A DNA stretch of 64,000 nucleotides, taken from an uncultured bacterium (GTDB lineage: Bacteria > Armatimonadota > Abditibacteriia > Abditibacteriales > Abditibacteriaceae). A program made the position numbers and the translations under genes. Where the stretch lies: the NCBI GenBank assembly GCA_963843795.1, contig CAWJLW010000006.1, positions 3,050,375-3,114,374 of the forward strand, given 5' to 3'. Positions 19,140-28,712 of this stretch are shown here, piece after piece (position 1 is the first letter of the stretch; each line of letters starts with the position of its first letter). The notes under the pieces are model-generated. The model made no database searches. It had not been told where the DNA came from and worked only from the letters and a program-made list of their open reading frames with translations.

Positions 19140-19964
19140 ATGAACGCAACAACTTGGGAGCCAGCCAGTCACAACGCAGATCAAACATCCGAACCGACTC
19201 CAACAGCGCAACAGTTATTGAACAAAGTGCCGCAGATCACGATTTTCTTCTGGATTATCAAAATCTTGTGTACAACTGTGGGCGAAACCGCTGCCGACTT
19301 TCTGAGCGTCAACCTGCACATGGGCTTGACCAAGACGACTTACATTATGGGCGCGCTTTTGCTGACCGCACTCTGGTTTCAGTTCAAGGCGCGCCAATAT
19401 ACAGCGGGACTGTATTGGCTGGTCGTGGTGTTGTTGAGCATTGTTGGCACGCTGATTACCGATAATTTGGTGGACAATTTTCACGTTTCGCTCGTAACGA
19501 CGACCATTGCTTTTAGCGTTGCTTTGGCAGCGACTTTTATCGTCTGGTATTTAAAAGAGCGAACGCTTTCTGTACATTTCATCGACAGCACGCGCCGTGA
19601 GGCGTTTTACTGGCTGGCCATCTTGTTCACCTTCGCGCTGGGCACAGCGGCAGGCGATTTAGTTGCGGAACAGTTTGGTTTGGGCTATTTGGTTTCTCTG
19701 GGCGTGTTTGCCGCGCTCATCGCTGTGGTAGCGGTCGCTCATTTCCGCTTCCACCTCAACGCCATTCTGGCGTTCTGGATCGCTTATATTCTGACACGCC
19801 CGCTGGGCGCTTCAATAGGCGATTATCTATCGCAGCCCCAGAGCGTCGGCGGACTGGGCGTGGGCACGATAGGCACCAGTGCCTTGTTTTTGTGCGCAAT
19901 TTTGGGTCTGGTCGTGCGCCTCACCCTCACTAAAAGCGATACAACGGCTATTAAACCCGCTTGA
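19140..19964 (+). CDS. COG4705/DUF347 family membrane protein
   Basis: KVPQITIFFWIIKILCTTVGET, EAFYWLAILFTFALGTAAGD, AYILTRPLGAS. Confidence 0.85.
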   Translation: MNATTWEPASHNADQTSEPTPTAQQLLNKVPQITIFFWIIKILCTTVGETAADFLSVNLHMGLTKTTYIMGALLLTALWFQFKARQYTAGLYWLVVVLLSIVGTLITDNLVDNFHVSLVTTTIAFSVALAATFIVWYLKERTLSVHFIDSTRREAFYWLAILFTFALGTAAGDLVAEQFGLGYLVSLGVFAALIAVVAVAHFRFHLNAILAFWIAYILTRPLGASIGDYLSQPQSVGGLGVGTIGTSALFLCAILGLVVRLTLTKSDTTAIKPA

Positions 19965-20029
19965 GCGAAGGTCATCTTTGTAATGCGGCTTGAGTACGGA
20001 ATGCGCCTTGTAGTGCGACTTTGAGGAAA

Positions 20030-20046
20030 TTCTCATCGCATTCTCA
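20030..20046 (+). promoter_or_regulatory. TTCTCA-N5-TTCTCA direct repeat
   Basis: Half-sites at 20030 and 20041, upstream of the PepSY gene. Confidence 0.6.
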
Positions 20047-20137
20047 AGAGGTGCTGAAAGATTTGATACATAATTAGAGTGGCCCGCTTAATTGCAGGCG
20101 AGGCACAACAATTGGCGTAAGCCAAAGGAGTTTGATA

Positions 20138-20524
20138 ATGCAGAAGAAAAAATTTGCCACACTCATTGCTTGTGGCGCACTAATGCTGGCCGTTACGGGC
20201 GGAAGTCTGAAAACCTGGGCCGCACCGAACGAAAGCGGTGAAGCCAAAGAAACCAAAGTCACACTTCCCAAGGCACAATTGAAGAAGTTGAAGCAAACTG
20301 CGCTCAAGGCCAAGCCGGGCAAAGTCGTGGAAACCGAAGTCGAAACTGAAAACGGCAAAACGCACTGCGACGTAAAAATTCTGGCTGCCGATGGCAAAAC
20401 CTACGAAGTTGAAGTCGATGTCGCCACCAACAAAGTCGTGGCTATCGAAGAAGACAACGATGCCGATGAACACGAAGGCAAAGACGACGACGCACACGAA
20501 CACGAAGGCGCGAAAGATAAATAA
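20138..20524 (+). CDS. Secreted PepSY-domain protein with acidic His-containing tail
   Basis: Signal peptide; ALKAKPGKVVETEVE...YEVEVDVATNKVV PepSY pattern; AAGGAG RBS. Confidence 0.75.
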   Translation: MQKKKFATLIACGALMLAVTGGSLKTWAAPNESGEAKETKVTLPKAQLKKLKQTALKAKPGKVVETEVETENGKTHCDVKILAADGKTYEVEVDVATNKVVAIEEDNDADEHEGKDDDAHEHEGAKDK

Positions 20525-20620
20525 GCGCGCTTGAACTTCCAAAAGCCGTCTGCGAGTACTTGCAGACGGCTTTTGTGATGAAATCAGGCGTTACAAGGAC
20601 TTGCGACAAGGACACCAATT

Positions 20621-21409
20621 ATGCAACTTTCACAGACCGGTGTAAACCACGACAAAGATTATCTGACCAGCAAAGTGCCACTCGTGACGCTGGCGTTCTG
20701 GTTCATCAAAATCTGCGCGACGACGGTGGGCGAAACCGGCGGTGATGCGCTCTCGATGACTCTGAATTTGGGCTACGCCGTGAGCAGCCTAATTTTCATG
20801 GTGTTTTTCGCCGTGACGCTTTTCATTCAAGTGCGCGCCAAAACGTATCACCCGTTCGCGTATTGGGCGGTTGTCGTCGCGACGACAACCGTCGGCACCA
20901 CGATGTCCGATTATCTCGACCGCACGGCGGGGCTTGGCTACATTAAATCATCGATTGTTTTGTTTATTGGCGTCTTAATTGTGCTGGCCGCGTGGCGTTT
21001 TGCGACGGGCAAAATTGAATTCGAGAACATCGCCACGCGCAAAGACGAAACTTTTTACTGGCTCACGATTCTGGTGTCTAACACGCTGGGCACTGCCTTG
21101 GGCGATTACGTCGCCGACGATGCCGGCCTGGGCTTTCAACGCGGCGCGCTCTTGTTCGCGGGTTTAATTGCTTTGGTGGGCGCGGCCTATTTCTTTACCA
21201 AAATTTCTCACGCCGTTTTGTTCTGGGCCGCCTATATTCTGACGCGACCGTTGGGCGCGACTTTAGGCGATACCTTAACCAAACCGCACGATCATGGCGG
21301 ATTTGATCTCAGTCGCATTACGTCGTCACTGGTGATCGCAGCGGTAATGATTGTTGCGATTATCTGGACATCGCGCCGCCCACCATATGTCGAGCCAGCG
21401 GGCGTTTAA
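20621..21409 (+). CDS. COG4705/DUF347 family membrane protein (second paralogue)
   Basis: SKVPLVTLAFWFIKICATTVGETGGD, ETFYWLTILVSNTLGTALGD, YILTRPLGATLGD. Confidence 0.85.
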   Translation: MQLSQTGVNHDKDYLTSKVPLVTLAFWFIKICATTVGETGGDALSMTLNLGYAVSSLIFMVFFAVTLFIQVRAKTYHPFAYWAVVVATTTVGTTMSDYLDRTAGLGYIKSSIVLFIGVLIVLAAWRFATGKIEFENIATRKDETFYWLTILVSNTLGTALGDYVADDAGLGFQRGALLFAGLIALVGAAYFFTKISHAVLFWAAYILTRPLGATLGDTLTKPHDHGGFDLSRITSSLVIAAVMIVAIIWTSRRPPYVEPAGV

Positions 21410-21449
21410 TCGCGCGCTGCAAGTACTTGCAGCGTCTTAAAGCACCGAA

Positions 21450-22127
21450 ATGAATGTTTTAATTGTAGAAGATGATCCCGGCGTGGCGCGCTTTCTGAAG
21501 CAGGCAACCAGCGAGGCCGGTTATGCGGCGCAGATGGAAACCGATGGTTTGCGCGCTTTGCACACCGCGCAAAGCGGGAAATTCGATTTAATTTTGCTGG
21601 ATGTGATGCTGCCCGGAATCGACGGTTTCGAAGTTTGTCGCCGTCTGCGCGCCGCCCATGTTTCTTCACTGATTCTCATTATTACCGCGCGCGACAGTAC
21701 CGGCGACAAAGTGCAAGGTTTGGACGCTGGAGCCGATGATTATCTGAGCAAACCATTCAAAGTCGTCGAACTTTTGGCGCGGATGCGCGCGCTGTTGCGT
21801 CGCGCCGAAACTTCTTCTCCCACCGTTTTGCAAATCGCCGATTTAACGCTCGATCCCGCCACGCGACAAGCGCAACGCGGCGGCAAAAGCATCACACTTT
21901 CGGCGACCGAATATTCGCTTTTGGAATATCTGATGCGTCATCCAAATCGGGTCTTGCCACGCGCGACGATTCTCGATCATGTGTGGCAATACGATTTCGG
22001 CGGCACCGACAACGTGCTCGACGTTTATATCATGTATCTGCGCAACAAAATCGACAAAAATCAGAGCACTCGACTGATTCACACCGTGCGTGGCGTTGGT
22101 TTTCGCATGGGCGAAACTACGTCTTGA
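21450..22127 (+). CDS. OmpR/PhoB-family response regulator
   Basis: VEDD, LDVMLP, GADDYLSKPF, IHTVRGVG. Confidence 0.95.
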   Translation: MNVLIVEDDPGVARFLKQATSEAGYAAQMETDGLRALHTAQSGKFDLILLDVMLPGIDGFEVCRRLRAAHVSSLILIITARDSTGDKVQGLDAGADDYLSKPFKVVELLARMRALLRRAETSSPTVLQIADLTLDPATRQAQRGGKSITLSATEYSLLEYLMRHPNRVLPRATILDHVWQYDFGGTDNVLDVYIMYLRNKIDKNQSTRLIHTVRGVGFRMGETTS

Positions 22128-22167
22128 CGAAACTACGTCTTGACGAAGCTACGTCTTGATGAAACTA
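22112..22167 (+). repeat. Tandem repeat of the 16-bp unit CGAAACTACGTCTTGA, x3.5
   Basis: Units at 22112, 22128, 22144 (one mismatch) and a partial unit at 22160. Confidence 0.9.
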
Positions 22168-23504
22168 TGAGTTTGATGCGAGCTTGTTGGCGTCCCAATT
22201 CGATTCGCGCGCGCATGACGCTGGGTTTTGGGGTTTTCATCGCCGCTTTGATGCTGGCGATGTGCGCCGCGTTCTTTATTTACACCAAGCGCATCGACCG
22301 GCGCGATGCCGACGAGCGTTTGCAGGCGGCGGCGCTTGAAATTCGGCGCGAAATTGCCGTCGGCGACCTCAATTTTGTCAGCATGATTCGCGAAGAAAGC
22401 GAAGATTTGCGCGCTGCGGACGTTTCGATTTTAGTGCTCGATAAAAATCAGCGGGTGGTCGCGCGGTCGCAGCGCGAAGTTCCGCAGTGGCCGCCGCACG
22501 ACGATTCATGGCGCGTTTTCAGCTTTACTTCGGGCGAGCGCACCATTGTCGTTGGCGTGGAATGGCACGAAATCGAAGCTGCGCTGCGCGAACGCACGCT
22601 GTTTCTGCTGGGCCTGAGCGCGTGTGTCGTCGCACTTTCTTCGCTGGCCGCGTGGCTTTTAGTCGGGCGCACACTTTTGCCCATCGACCACTTGGCTCGT
22701 CAGGCGCAGGCCGCATCGACCGAAAATCTGCGCGTGCAATTGCAAACCCCTTCGCGCGATGCCGAAATCACGCGTCTGGTCTCCACGCTGAACGATTTGC
22801 TGGCGCGTCTGGCCGAAACCGCCGCCACGCGCGGGCGCTTCTACGCGGCGGCCTCGCACGAATTGCGTACTCCCCTGCAAGCACTCACTGGCCATCTCGA
22901 AGTGGCACTCAGCCGTCAACGTGACGCCGCCGATTACCGCAGCGCCCTTGAAGAAAGCCACGCGCAGGCCGAACGTCTGACTTCGCTCGTGCAAGATTTG
23001 CTGCTGCTCAATCAATTGGACGCCGACACCGCGCATCCACCCTGCGTCGATCTGGATGTGGCCGATATGATCGTCAGCGAACTGTCGCCGTTGCGCGAAT
23101 TGGCTCAACAACGCCATCTCAGAATTGAACTGTTGCTGCCAGAAAATTGCGAAATGAACGCGCCGTGGAATCACGCGACGATGCTGATTCGCAACCTGTT
23201 GGAAAACGCCATCAAATACGCCAGCTTTGGCGGAGAAGTGAAAGTGGAATTATCGCAAACTGTTCTCAGCATTTGCAATCAGGGCACACCGCAAGAAGGC
23301 TGGGAAAGCGGCCAATATTTTGAGCCATTTTTTCGTCCCGATGCCGCGCGTAACAGCCAGACCGGCGGCAACGGTTTGGGCCTCGCAATTTGCAAAGCCA
23401 TCGCCGACAGCAACGGTTGGGCGTTACAATTAACCCAGCAGGAAAATCGCATTTATGCGCTGGTTCACTTTGAAAAAGACAGGAACGATCAGGAAAGATT
23501 ATGA
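22167..23504 (+). CDS. Sensor histidine kinase, probable partner of the upstream response regulator
   Basis: ASHELRTPL, NLLENAIKY, GNGLGL; two TM segments. Confidence 0.92.
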   Translation: MSLMRACWRPNSIRARMTLGFGVFIAALMLAMCAAFFIYTKRIDRRDADERLQAAALEIRREIAVGDLNFVSMIREESEDLRAADVSILVLDKNQRVVARSQREVPQWPPHDDSWRVFSFTSGERTIVVGVEWHEIEAALRERTLFLLGLSACVVALSSLAAWLLVGRTLLPIDHLARQAQAASTENLRVQLQTPSRDAEITRLVSTLNDLLARLAETAATRGRFYAAASHELRTPLQALTGHLEVALSRQRDAADYRSALEESHAQAERLTSLVQDLLLLNQLDADTAHPPCVDLDVADMIVSELSPLRELAQQRHLRIELLLPENCEMNAPWNHATMLIRNLLENAIKYASFGGEVKVELSQTVLSICNQGTPQEGWESGQYFEPFFRPDAARNSQTGGNGLGLAICKAIADSNGWALQLTQQENRIYALVHFEKDRNDQERL

Positions 23505-24349
23505 TTGACGATTATCCCGAACGGGCCGACATCCGCGACCATTACGACCGGCTTTCGCCTGCTTATCGAATGTTCTGGGGCGAACATTTGCATCACGGCT
23601 TTTGGGAAAACGGAGACGAAACTCAACCGGTAGCGCAAATCAAGTTAATCGAGCGGCTCGCCGCGCGTGCGCGCATCGCACCGAATTCGCGAGTGTTGGA
23701 TATCGGCTGCGGCCTGGGTGGCTCGTCGCGCTGGCTGGCGCAGAATCTGAACTGCTCGGTGTTGGGGCTAACGCTCAGTCCCGTTCAAGCCAAACTTGCT
23801 GCCGAAGCCACGCGCAAAGCGGGATTGAGCGACTGGGTGCATTTTGAAGTGCAAGATGCCACTAAATTCGCTTTTCCGCCGCAATCTTTCGACGCGGTTT
23901 GGGTTGTCGAGTGCAGCGAACATTTGCCCGACAAAGCTCGCTTCATCGCCAATTGCGCGCAAACCTTGAAACCGGGCGGACATCTGGCCTTGTGCGCGTG
24001 GCTACGCGCCGAATCGTTGAACGATGACGGCGCGCAGCTCGTGGCCAAAGTCTGCGAAGGTATGTTGTGTCCCTCTTTAGCCAGTTCAAACGAATACACG
24101 CATTGGATGCACGAAGCTGGTTTGCAGCTTCTGGAAGCCGAAAACCTCACACGGCGCGTCGAACAGACATGGAAACATTGCATCGCTTTGCTCAAGCGAC
24201 CCGAAATTCAAGCTATGCTTCGCGTGGGTGATGCGCGTCTTCATCGTTTTGCCACCGCGTTTACCGATCTCGCCCACGCCTACGAAACAGGTGCGATGGA
24301 ATATGGAATGTTCGCTGCGGAAAAAGTTGCTAAACCATCTGAGACATGA
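23501..24349 (+). CDS. Class I SAM-dependent methyltransferase (tocopherol/sterol C-methyltransferase-like)
   Basis: WGEHLHHGFW, VLDIGCGLGG, FDAVWVVECSEH, LKPGG. Confidence 0.88.
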   Translation: MIDDYPERADIRDHYDRLSPAYRMFWGEHLHHGFWENGDETQPVAQIKLIERLAARARIAPNSRVLDIGCGLGGSSRWLAQNLNCSVLGLTLSPVQAKLAAEATRKAGLSDWVHFEVQDATKFAFPPQSFDAVWVVECSEHLPDKARFIANCAQTLKPGGHLALCAWLRAESLNDDGAQLVAKVCEGMLCPSLASSNEYTHWMHEAGLQLLEAENLTRRVEQTWKHCIALLKRPEIQAMLRVGDARLHRFATAFTDLAHAYETGAMEYGMFAAEKVAKPSET

Positions 24350-24984
24350 AATCTACCGCAAACCGAGAAAAACCTGCTGCTCCCAACTGGCCCCTACTGA
24401 TTTTCGTGGCGATTTGCGCTTTGGGCGCGGGTATCACCGGCACCATGCTATGGATGCAAAGCCGCCAACAAAGTACTTTAGTGCCGATTTCCGACGCGCC
24501 ATCTGCACCTGCAACCACTACAATCACAGCCGCAGAATCGGAGGCCGACGCGCCCTCAACGCACGAACCACCGCCGAATTTGACGGTTGGGCTTGCACCG
24601 CCACAAGCCGCGCTGATGTTGGGCAACTGGTATTACGATCACAAAGTATGGTCGCGCGCGATTGAAAACTATCAAAGCGCGCTCAAAGCAGGCTTGGACA
24701 ACGCCGATGTGCGCACCGATCTGGGCAGTGCGTATCGTTTCAACGGCGACGCAAAAAAAGCGCTGGAACAGTATGCCATCGCCCAAAAGCAAGACCCGAC
24801 GCACGAAAATAGTCTGTTCAATCAAGGCGGTTTATACGCGTTCGATTTAAAACAGCCCCAAAAAGGCATCGAACTCTGGCGCAAGTACTTGCAACAGTTC
24901 CCGACTGGCCAAAACGTCGAACAAGCGCGCCAACTTATCGAAAAAGCGCGCACGCAAATGAAATCGACTGCAAATCAATCGTAA
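24346..24984 (+). CDS. Membrane-anchored TPR protein
   Basis: N-terminal TM segment; LGNWYYD...AIENYQSAL...VRTDLGSAY...ALEQY TPR pattern. Confidence 0.8.
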   Translation: MKSTANREKPAAPNWPLLIFVAICALGAGITGTMLWMQSRQQSTLVPISDAPSAPATTTITAAESEADAPSTHEPPPNLTVGLAPPQAALMLGNWYYDHKVWSRAIENYQSALKAGLDNADVRTDLGSAYRFNGDAKKALEQYAIAQKQDPTHENSLFNQGGLYAFDLKQPQKGIELWRKYLQQFPTGQNVEQARQLIEKARTQMKSTANQS

Positions 24985-25041
24985 AAGCGGGCCGCAAGTA
25001 CTTGCGGCCCGCTTTTCATCACACTTATTTGTGCCACACGA

Positions 25042-25070
25042 TTGACAAACGCGCACGCGCGATTTATGCT
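25042..25070 (+). promoter_or_regulatory. Sigma70-type promoter for the riboswitch-btuB transcript
   Basis: TTGACA-17 bp-TATGCT just upstream of the riboswitch. Confidence 0.6.
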
Positions 25071-25091
25071 TGTTGGCACAATCCGAATAAA

Positions 25092-25290
25092 ACAGCGCTG
25101 GTATGAAAACGCGTTTGAGGCCTAAGCCTTTATCGCGTTTTCGGGAACGTTGCACAGAAAAATTCGATTTTTGTGACGACACGGCCCCGCCACTGTAATC
25201 GCCGACAACGCCCACCAAGTCACTGGAATTTCCATTCCGGGAAGACGGGCCGCGAATGAAGCGATGAGTCAGGAGACCGACCTGCGTTGT
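25092..25290 (+). ncRNA. Cobalamin riboswitch
   Basis: GGGAA, GCCCCGCCACTGTAA, CACTGG...CCGGGAAG, and B12 box AGTCAGGAGACC; P1 stem ACAGCGC/GCGTTGT; upstream of a TonB receptor. Confidence 0.9.
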
Positions 25291-25447
25291 AGCCACACGC
25301 CTTCGAGGGAAAGGAGTGAAGCGAATTCTACAGCGCACGTTTTCGGCTCCTGCAAGTACTTGCAGGCCAGTTTTGTGTCGCGCCGCTTTGATTCGCCTTC
25401 ACTCCGATTCTCGCTGAGAATCGGAGTTTTTACTTTTCAAGGACAGC

Positions 25448-27388
25448 ATGACACACAAAACGACATCCCAATTTGCCGCATCACTTTTCCTGACACCGCT
25501 TCTCATCGCGCCACTTCTGATTTCGCCATCGCACGCTCAAGACGAAGCGCCAAACAATTCGACCTTGAACGACGAGAACGTGCCCGAAGTCGAAATCGTC
25601 GTCACGCCAACGCGCACCGAGCGCGCGATCAGCGATTCGGCTTCTCCAGTTACCATCATCACGCGCGAACAAATTCAGGCCAAAAAATCATTCGATATTC
25701 TGGACGTTTTGCGTCAGACGCCAGGTCTGTCCATCGCACAATCAGGAACTTTTGGCAAAAACGCTTCGGTATTTTTGCGCGGCGCGGCCTCGAACCAAAC
25801 CTTGGTTTTGTTGGACGGCGTACGCGCCAATTCGCCCGCTGATGGGCGCTTCGATTTCGGAACGGTGCCAATTGAAAACGTCGAGCGCATCGAAATTCTG
25901 CGCGGCCCACAAGGTGCGCTTTATGGAGCCGATGCCATCGGCGGCGTTATCAACATCATCACGCGGCGTGGGCGCGGCCCTTTGCAAACGGGCGGAGCCA
26001 TCGAATATGGCTCGCAAAACACTAACAAACAAATTGTCAACGTGCGCGGTTCTTTAGATAAAAACAATCGCACTGGATTGAGTTTTTCGGCTTCGCGTTT
26101 GGATACCAACGGCTTTTTCAACAACGACGATTATCGCAGTTTGAACGCGTCGCTACGGTTAGATCGCGAGTTGAACTCGAACTCGAATTTGTCGTTGATT
26201 GGCCGCATTGAAGACGCCCAGGGCGGCACGCCCGGACAGCGTTTTCTGAGTTTCGACCCGAATGCGCGCTCGCAACCGCGTCTGCTCAACGGCACGCTGC
26301 AATACACCAACAGTGCGCTGAATGGCACGCGCGTCACCCGACGCGACCGCGTTTCGCTGGGCCTCACGCATCGCCGTTTAGGTTTCAACGATCCGATTAA
26401 CGTGGGCGACCCATTTCCCAATTTCACAACGTCCGATTTGCGCGACCAGGTACTTGTGGGCGATGCGCAGACCACTTTCGAGCGCGGCCCGCACGCCGTC
26501 ACCGTGGGTGGCGAACTGCGACGCGAAAGCGCGCGCGGCGATAGCAATTCGACTTTTGGCGCGACCAATTTCGATCAATCGACTTCAACGCGCGCGCTGT
26601 GGCTGCAAGACGAATACAAGCGCGGCTCGTTGTCGCTCGTGCCCGGCGTGCGCTACGAAGATAACTCGCAATATGGCGGTGATCTCAATGGGCGCTTGGC
26701 CGCTGCCTACGAGTTGCGTGATGGCGGGCGCATCAAAGCCAGCGTCGCGACCGGTTTTCGCGCGCCCTCGATCAACGAGTTGTATTTTCCGAATTACGGT
26801 AATCCAAACCTGAATCCCGAGCAATCGACCGGACTGGAAATCGGCTATAGTCGCCCCACGACGCGTCAGGGAAACGTAGAAATCACCGCGTTCACCACGC
26901 GTTACCGCGACCTGATTGGGACGGCACAAGTTGGCAACAACTTTATGGCTGCCAATATCAATCGCGCGCGCGTTAGCGGACTAGAGCTTTCGTTGCGCCA
27001 GCCACTCAATCGCAATTTCACGTTGAACTTGAACCACGCTTTCCTGAACACAACGTCCTCGACCGGCGAATTGTTGCGCCGTCCGAAGTTCGCCACGACC
27101 GCCGACTTGCTGTATCGCAAAGATAGAATCGGCGCTGATCTGGGCTTAATTGCCCAAGGGCGTCGATTCGACAACGATTTCGCCGCGCCACCATTTGGCA
27201 ATGGTCAGGGCGCAGGCTTTTATTCGGGCTTTGAGCGTTTGGATTTCACGATAAGTTACGATTTGCAACCGGAATTGCAATTGTATGTGCGCGCTCAAAA
27301 TGTTTTGGACAAAAATTACAGCGAAGCCGCAGGCTTCCCGGCCGCGAAGTTCAACTTTGTAATCGGCTTGCAAACCCGCGCGTTTTGA
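25448..27388 (+). CDS. btuB: TonB-dependent receptor, BtuB-like cobalamin transporter
   Basis: Signal peptide, IVVTPTR TonB box, plug VLLDG...IERIEILRGPQGALYG..AIGGVINIIT, C-terminal Phe; preceded by a B12 riboswitch. Confidence 0.85.
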   Translation: MTHKTTSQFAASLFLTPLLIAPLLISPSHAQDEAPNNSTLNDENVPEVEIVVTPTRTERAISDSASPVTIITREQIQAKKSFDILDVLRQTPGLSIAQSGTFGKNASVFLRGAASNQTLVLLDGVRANSPADGRFDFGTVPIENVERIEILRGPQGALYGADAIGGVINIITRRGRGPLQTGGAIEYGSQNTNKQIVNVRGSLDKNNRTGLSFSASRLDTNGFFNNDDYRSLNASLRLDRELNSNSNLSLIGRIEDAQGGTPGQRFLSFDPNARSQPRLLNGTLQYTNSALNGTRVTRRDRVSLGLTHRRLGFNDPINVGDPFPNFTTSDLRDQVLVGDAQTTFERGPHAVTVGGELRRESARGDSNSTFGATNFDQSTSTRALWLQDEYKRGSLSLVPGVRYEDNSQYGGDLNGRLAAAYELRDGGRIKASVATGFRAPSINELYFPNYGNPNLNPEQSTGLEIGYSRPTTRQGNVEITAFTTRYRDLIGTAQVGNNFMAANINRARVSGLELSLRQPLNRNFTLNLNHAFLNTTSSTGELLRRPKFATTADLLYRKDRIGADLGLIAQGRRFDNDFAAPPFGNGQGAGFYSGFERLDFTISYDLQPELQLYVRAQNVLDKNYSEAAGFPAAKFNFVIGLQTRAF

Positions 27389-27504
27389 GAAACTGAAGTC
27401 ATCTGCAAGTACTTGCATCACACGGCAATGGGGGAATTTGGCAACATTGTGTCAGAATGAATTTCCGCTGACGCAGCCAATTCTTCCATTGCCGGGCAAT
27501 TTTT

Positions 27505-28656
27505 ATGACTTCGACAAAATCTACTTCTTCGCACACCGTCAATTTTCTTTCCCACAACCGGCCCGGCCCGCGCATGGGCATGGGCCATTACGAGCGTTTG
27601 CTCATTCATCACTTGCTTCAAGAAACGCGCGCCAGTGACGAATGGCAATTCGACATCAGTTTCGATGGCCGCGCTCCCGAATCTCCTATCGCACCCGACA
27701 GCATCGAAGCAGGTTTAAAAAGCGTCAATTTTCTGGGCTTTTCGACCAGCCGCTTGCAGCAACTGCCCTGGCCAGTCGCACGCATTCTGCTGAACCAGCG
27801 CCTGCCCAAACCGCGCCCGTCAATCACCCACTCGCTCGCGCTTAGTTTTCCCGCGCCCAGCGGCGCTCCGAGCGTCATCACGATTCACGATTTGCCGCCC
27901 GCGCGTTTTCCCGATGAAGGCACCGTTCCCGCATGGGCCAAAGTCGTGGCGCAGAGGGCGCAAGCGATTATCACGCCTTCGGAATTTGCTAAAGCCGAGC
28001 TGATCGAACTGCTGCAAGTGCGACCCGAACGCGTGCATTCGATTCCCTACGGCTGCGAGCACGACCGTTTTCATCCCGCAGTTGTGCCCGCCGATGCCGC
28101 GACACTGAAAAAACTCGACATTCCCCCCAATTTTCTGATTTACGTCGGCGGTTTCACCCAACGCAAAAACGTGCGCGGAATGTTGGGCGCGTGGGAACTT
28201 ATCGAAGCACAATACCCCGATTTGTCCTTGGTTCTGGTGGGCCCCGCCGAACAGTTGAAGGCGCTGGCCGCCGAAGCGAATTTGCCGCGCGTCATCGTGC
28301 CCGGTTATATGGACCGCGACACTTTACCAGGCATCATTAAGGCCTCGAAAGCGCTGGTGTGTCCGGCGATTTACGAAGGTTTTGGAATGCCACCGCAAGA
28401 AGCAATGGCGCTGGGAGTGCCGGTTGTCGCTGTGCGCAGTGGCGGCGCAATTCCCGAAGTCGTGGGAGAAGCAGGAATTTTGTCAGCAGATGGCACGCCC
28501 GAAGTTTTCGCCGCTGCCATGCGCCAGATGCTCGATAGCGAATCACTGCAAAACCAATACAAAGCCGCTGGCCCCCAGCGCGTGCAACGCTTCTCCTGGA
28601 CAAAACACGCGCACCAAGTGCTGGATTTGTATCGCAGCGTTTTGATTGGTGCTTAA
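27505..28656 (+). CDS. Glycosyltransferase family 4
   Basis: VITIHDL, RKN, YEGFGMPPQEAMALGVPVV, FSW. Confidence 0.9.
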   Translation: MTSTKSTSSHTVNFLSHNRPGPRMGMGHYERLLIHHLLQETRASDEWQFDISFDGRAPESPIAPDSIEAGLKSVNFLGFSTSRLQQLPWPVARILLNQRLPKPRPSITHSLALSFPAPSGAPSVITIHDLPPARFPDEGTVPAWAKVVAQRAQAIITPSEFAKAELIELLQVRPERVHSIPYGCEHDRFHPAVVPADAATLKKLDIPPNFLIYVGGFTQRKNVRGMLGAWELIEAQYPDLSLVLVGPAEQLKALAAEANLPRVIVPGYMDRDTLPGIIKASKALVCPAIYEGFGMPPQEAMALGVPVVAVRSGGAIPEVVGEAGILSADGTPEVFAAAMRQMLDSESLQNQYKAAGPQRVQRFSWTKHAHQVLDLYRSVLIGA

Positions 28657-28712
28657 TCGGAACAACAAAAGCGCGTTGCAAGTACTTGCAACGCGCTTTT
28701 GTTGTTCCGATT
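28655..28712. terminator. 58-bp perfect palindrome centred on GCAAGTACTTGC; probable bidirectional terminator
   Basis: Fills the whole gap between the convergent GT4 and alaS stop codons. Confidence 0.75.
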
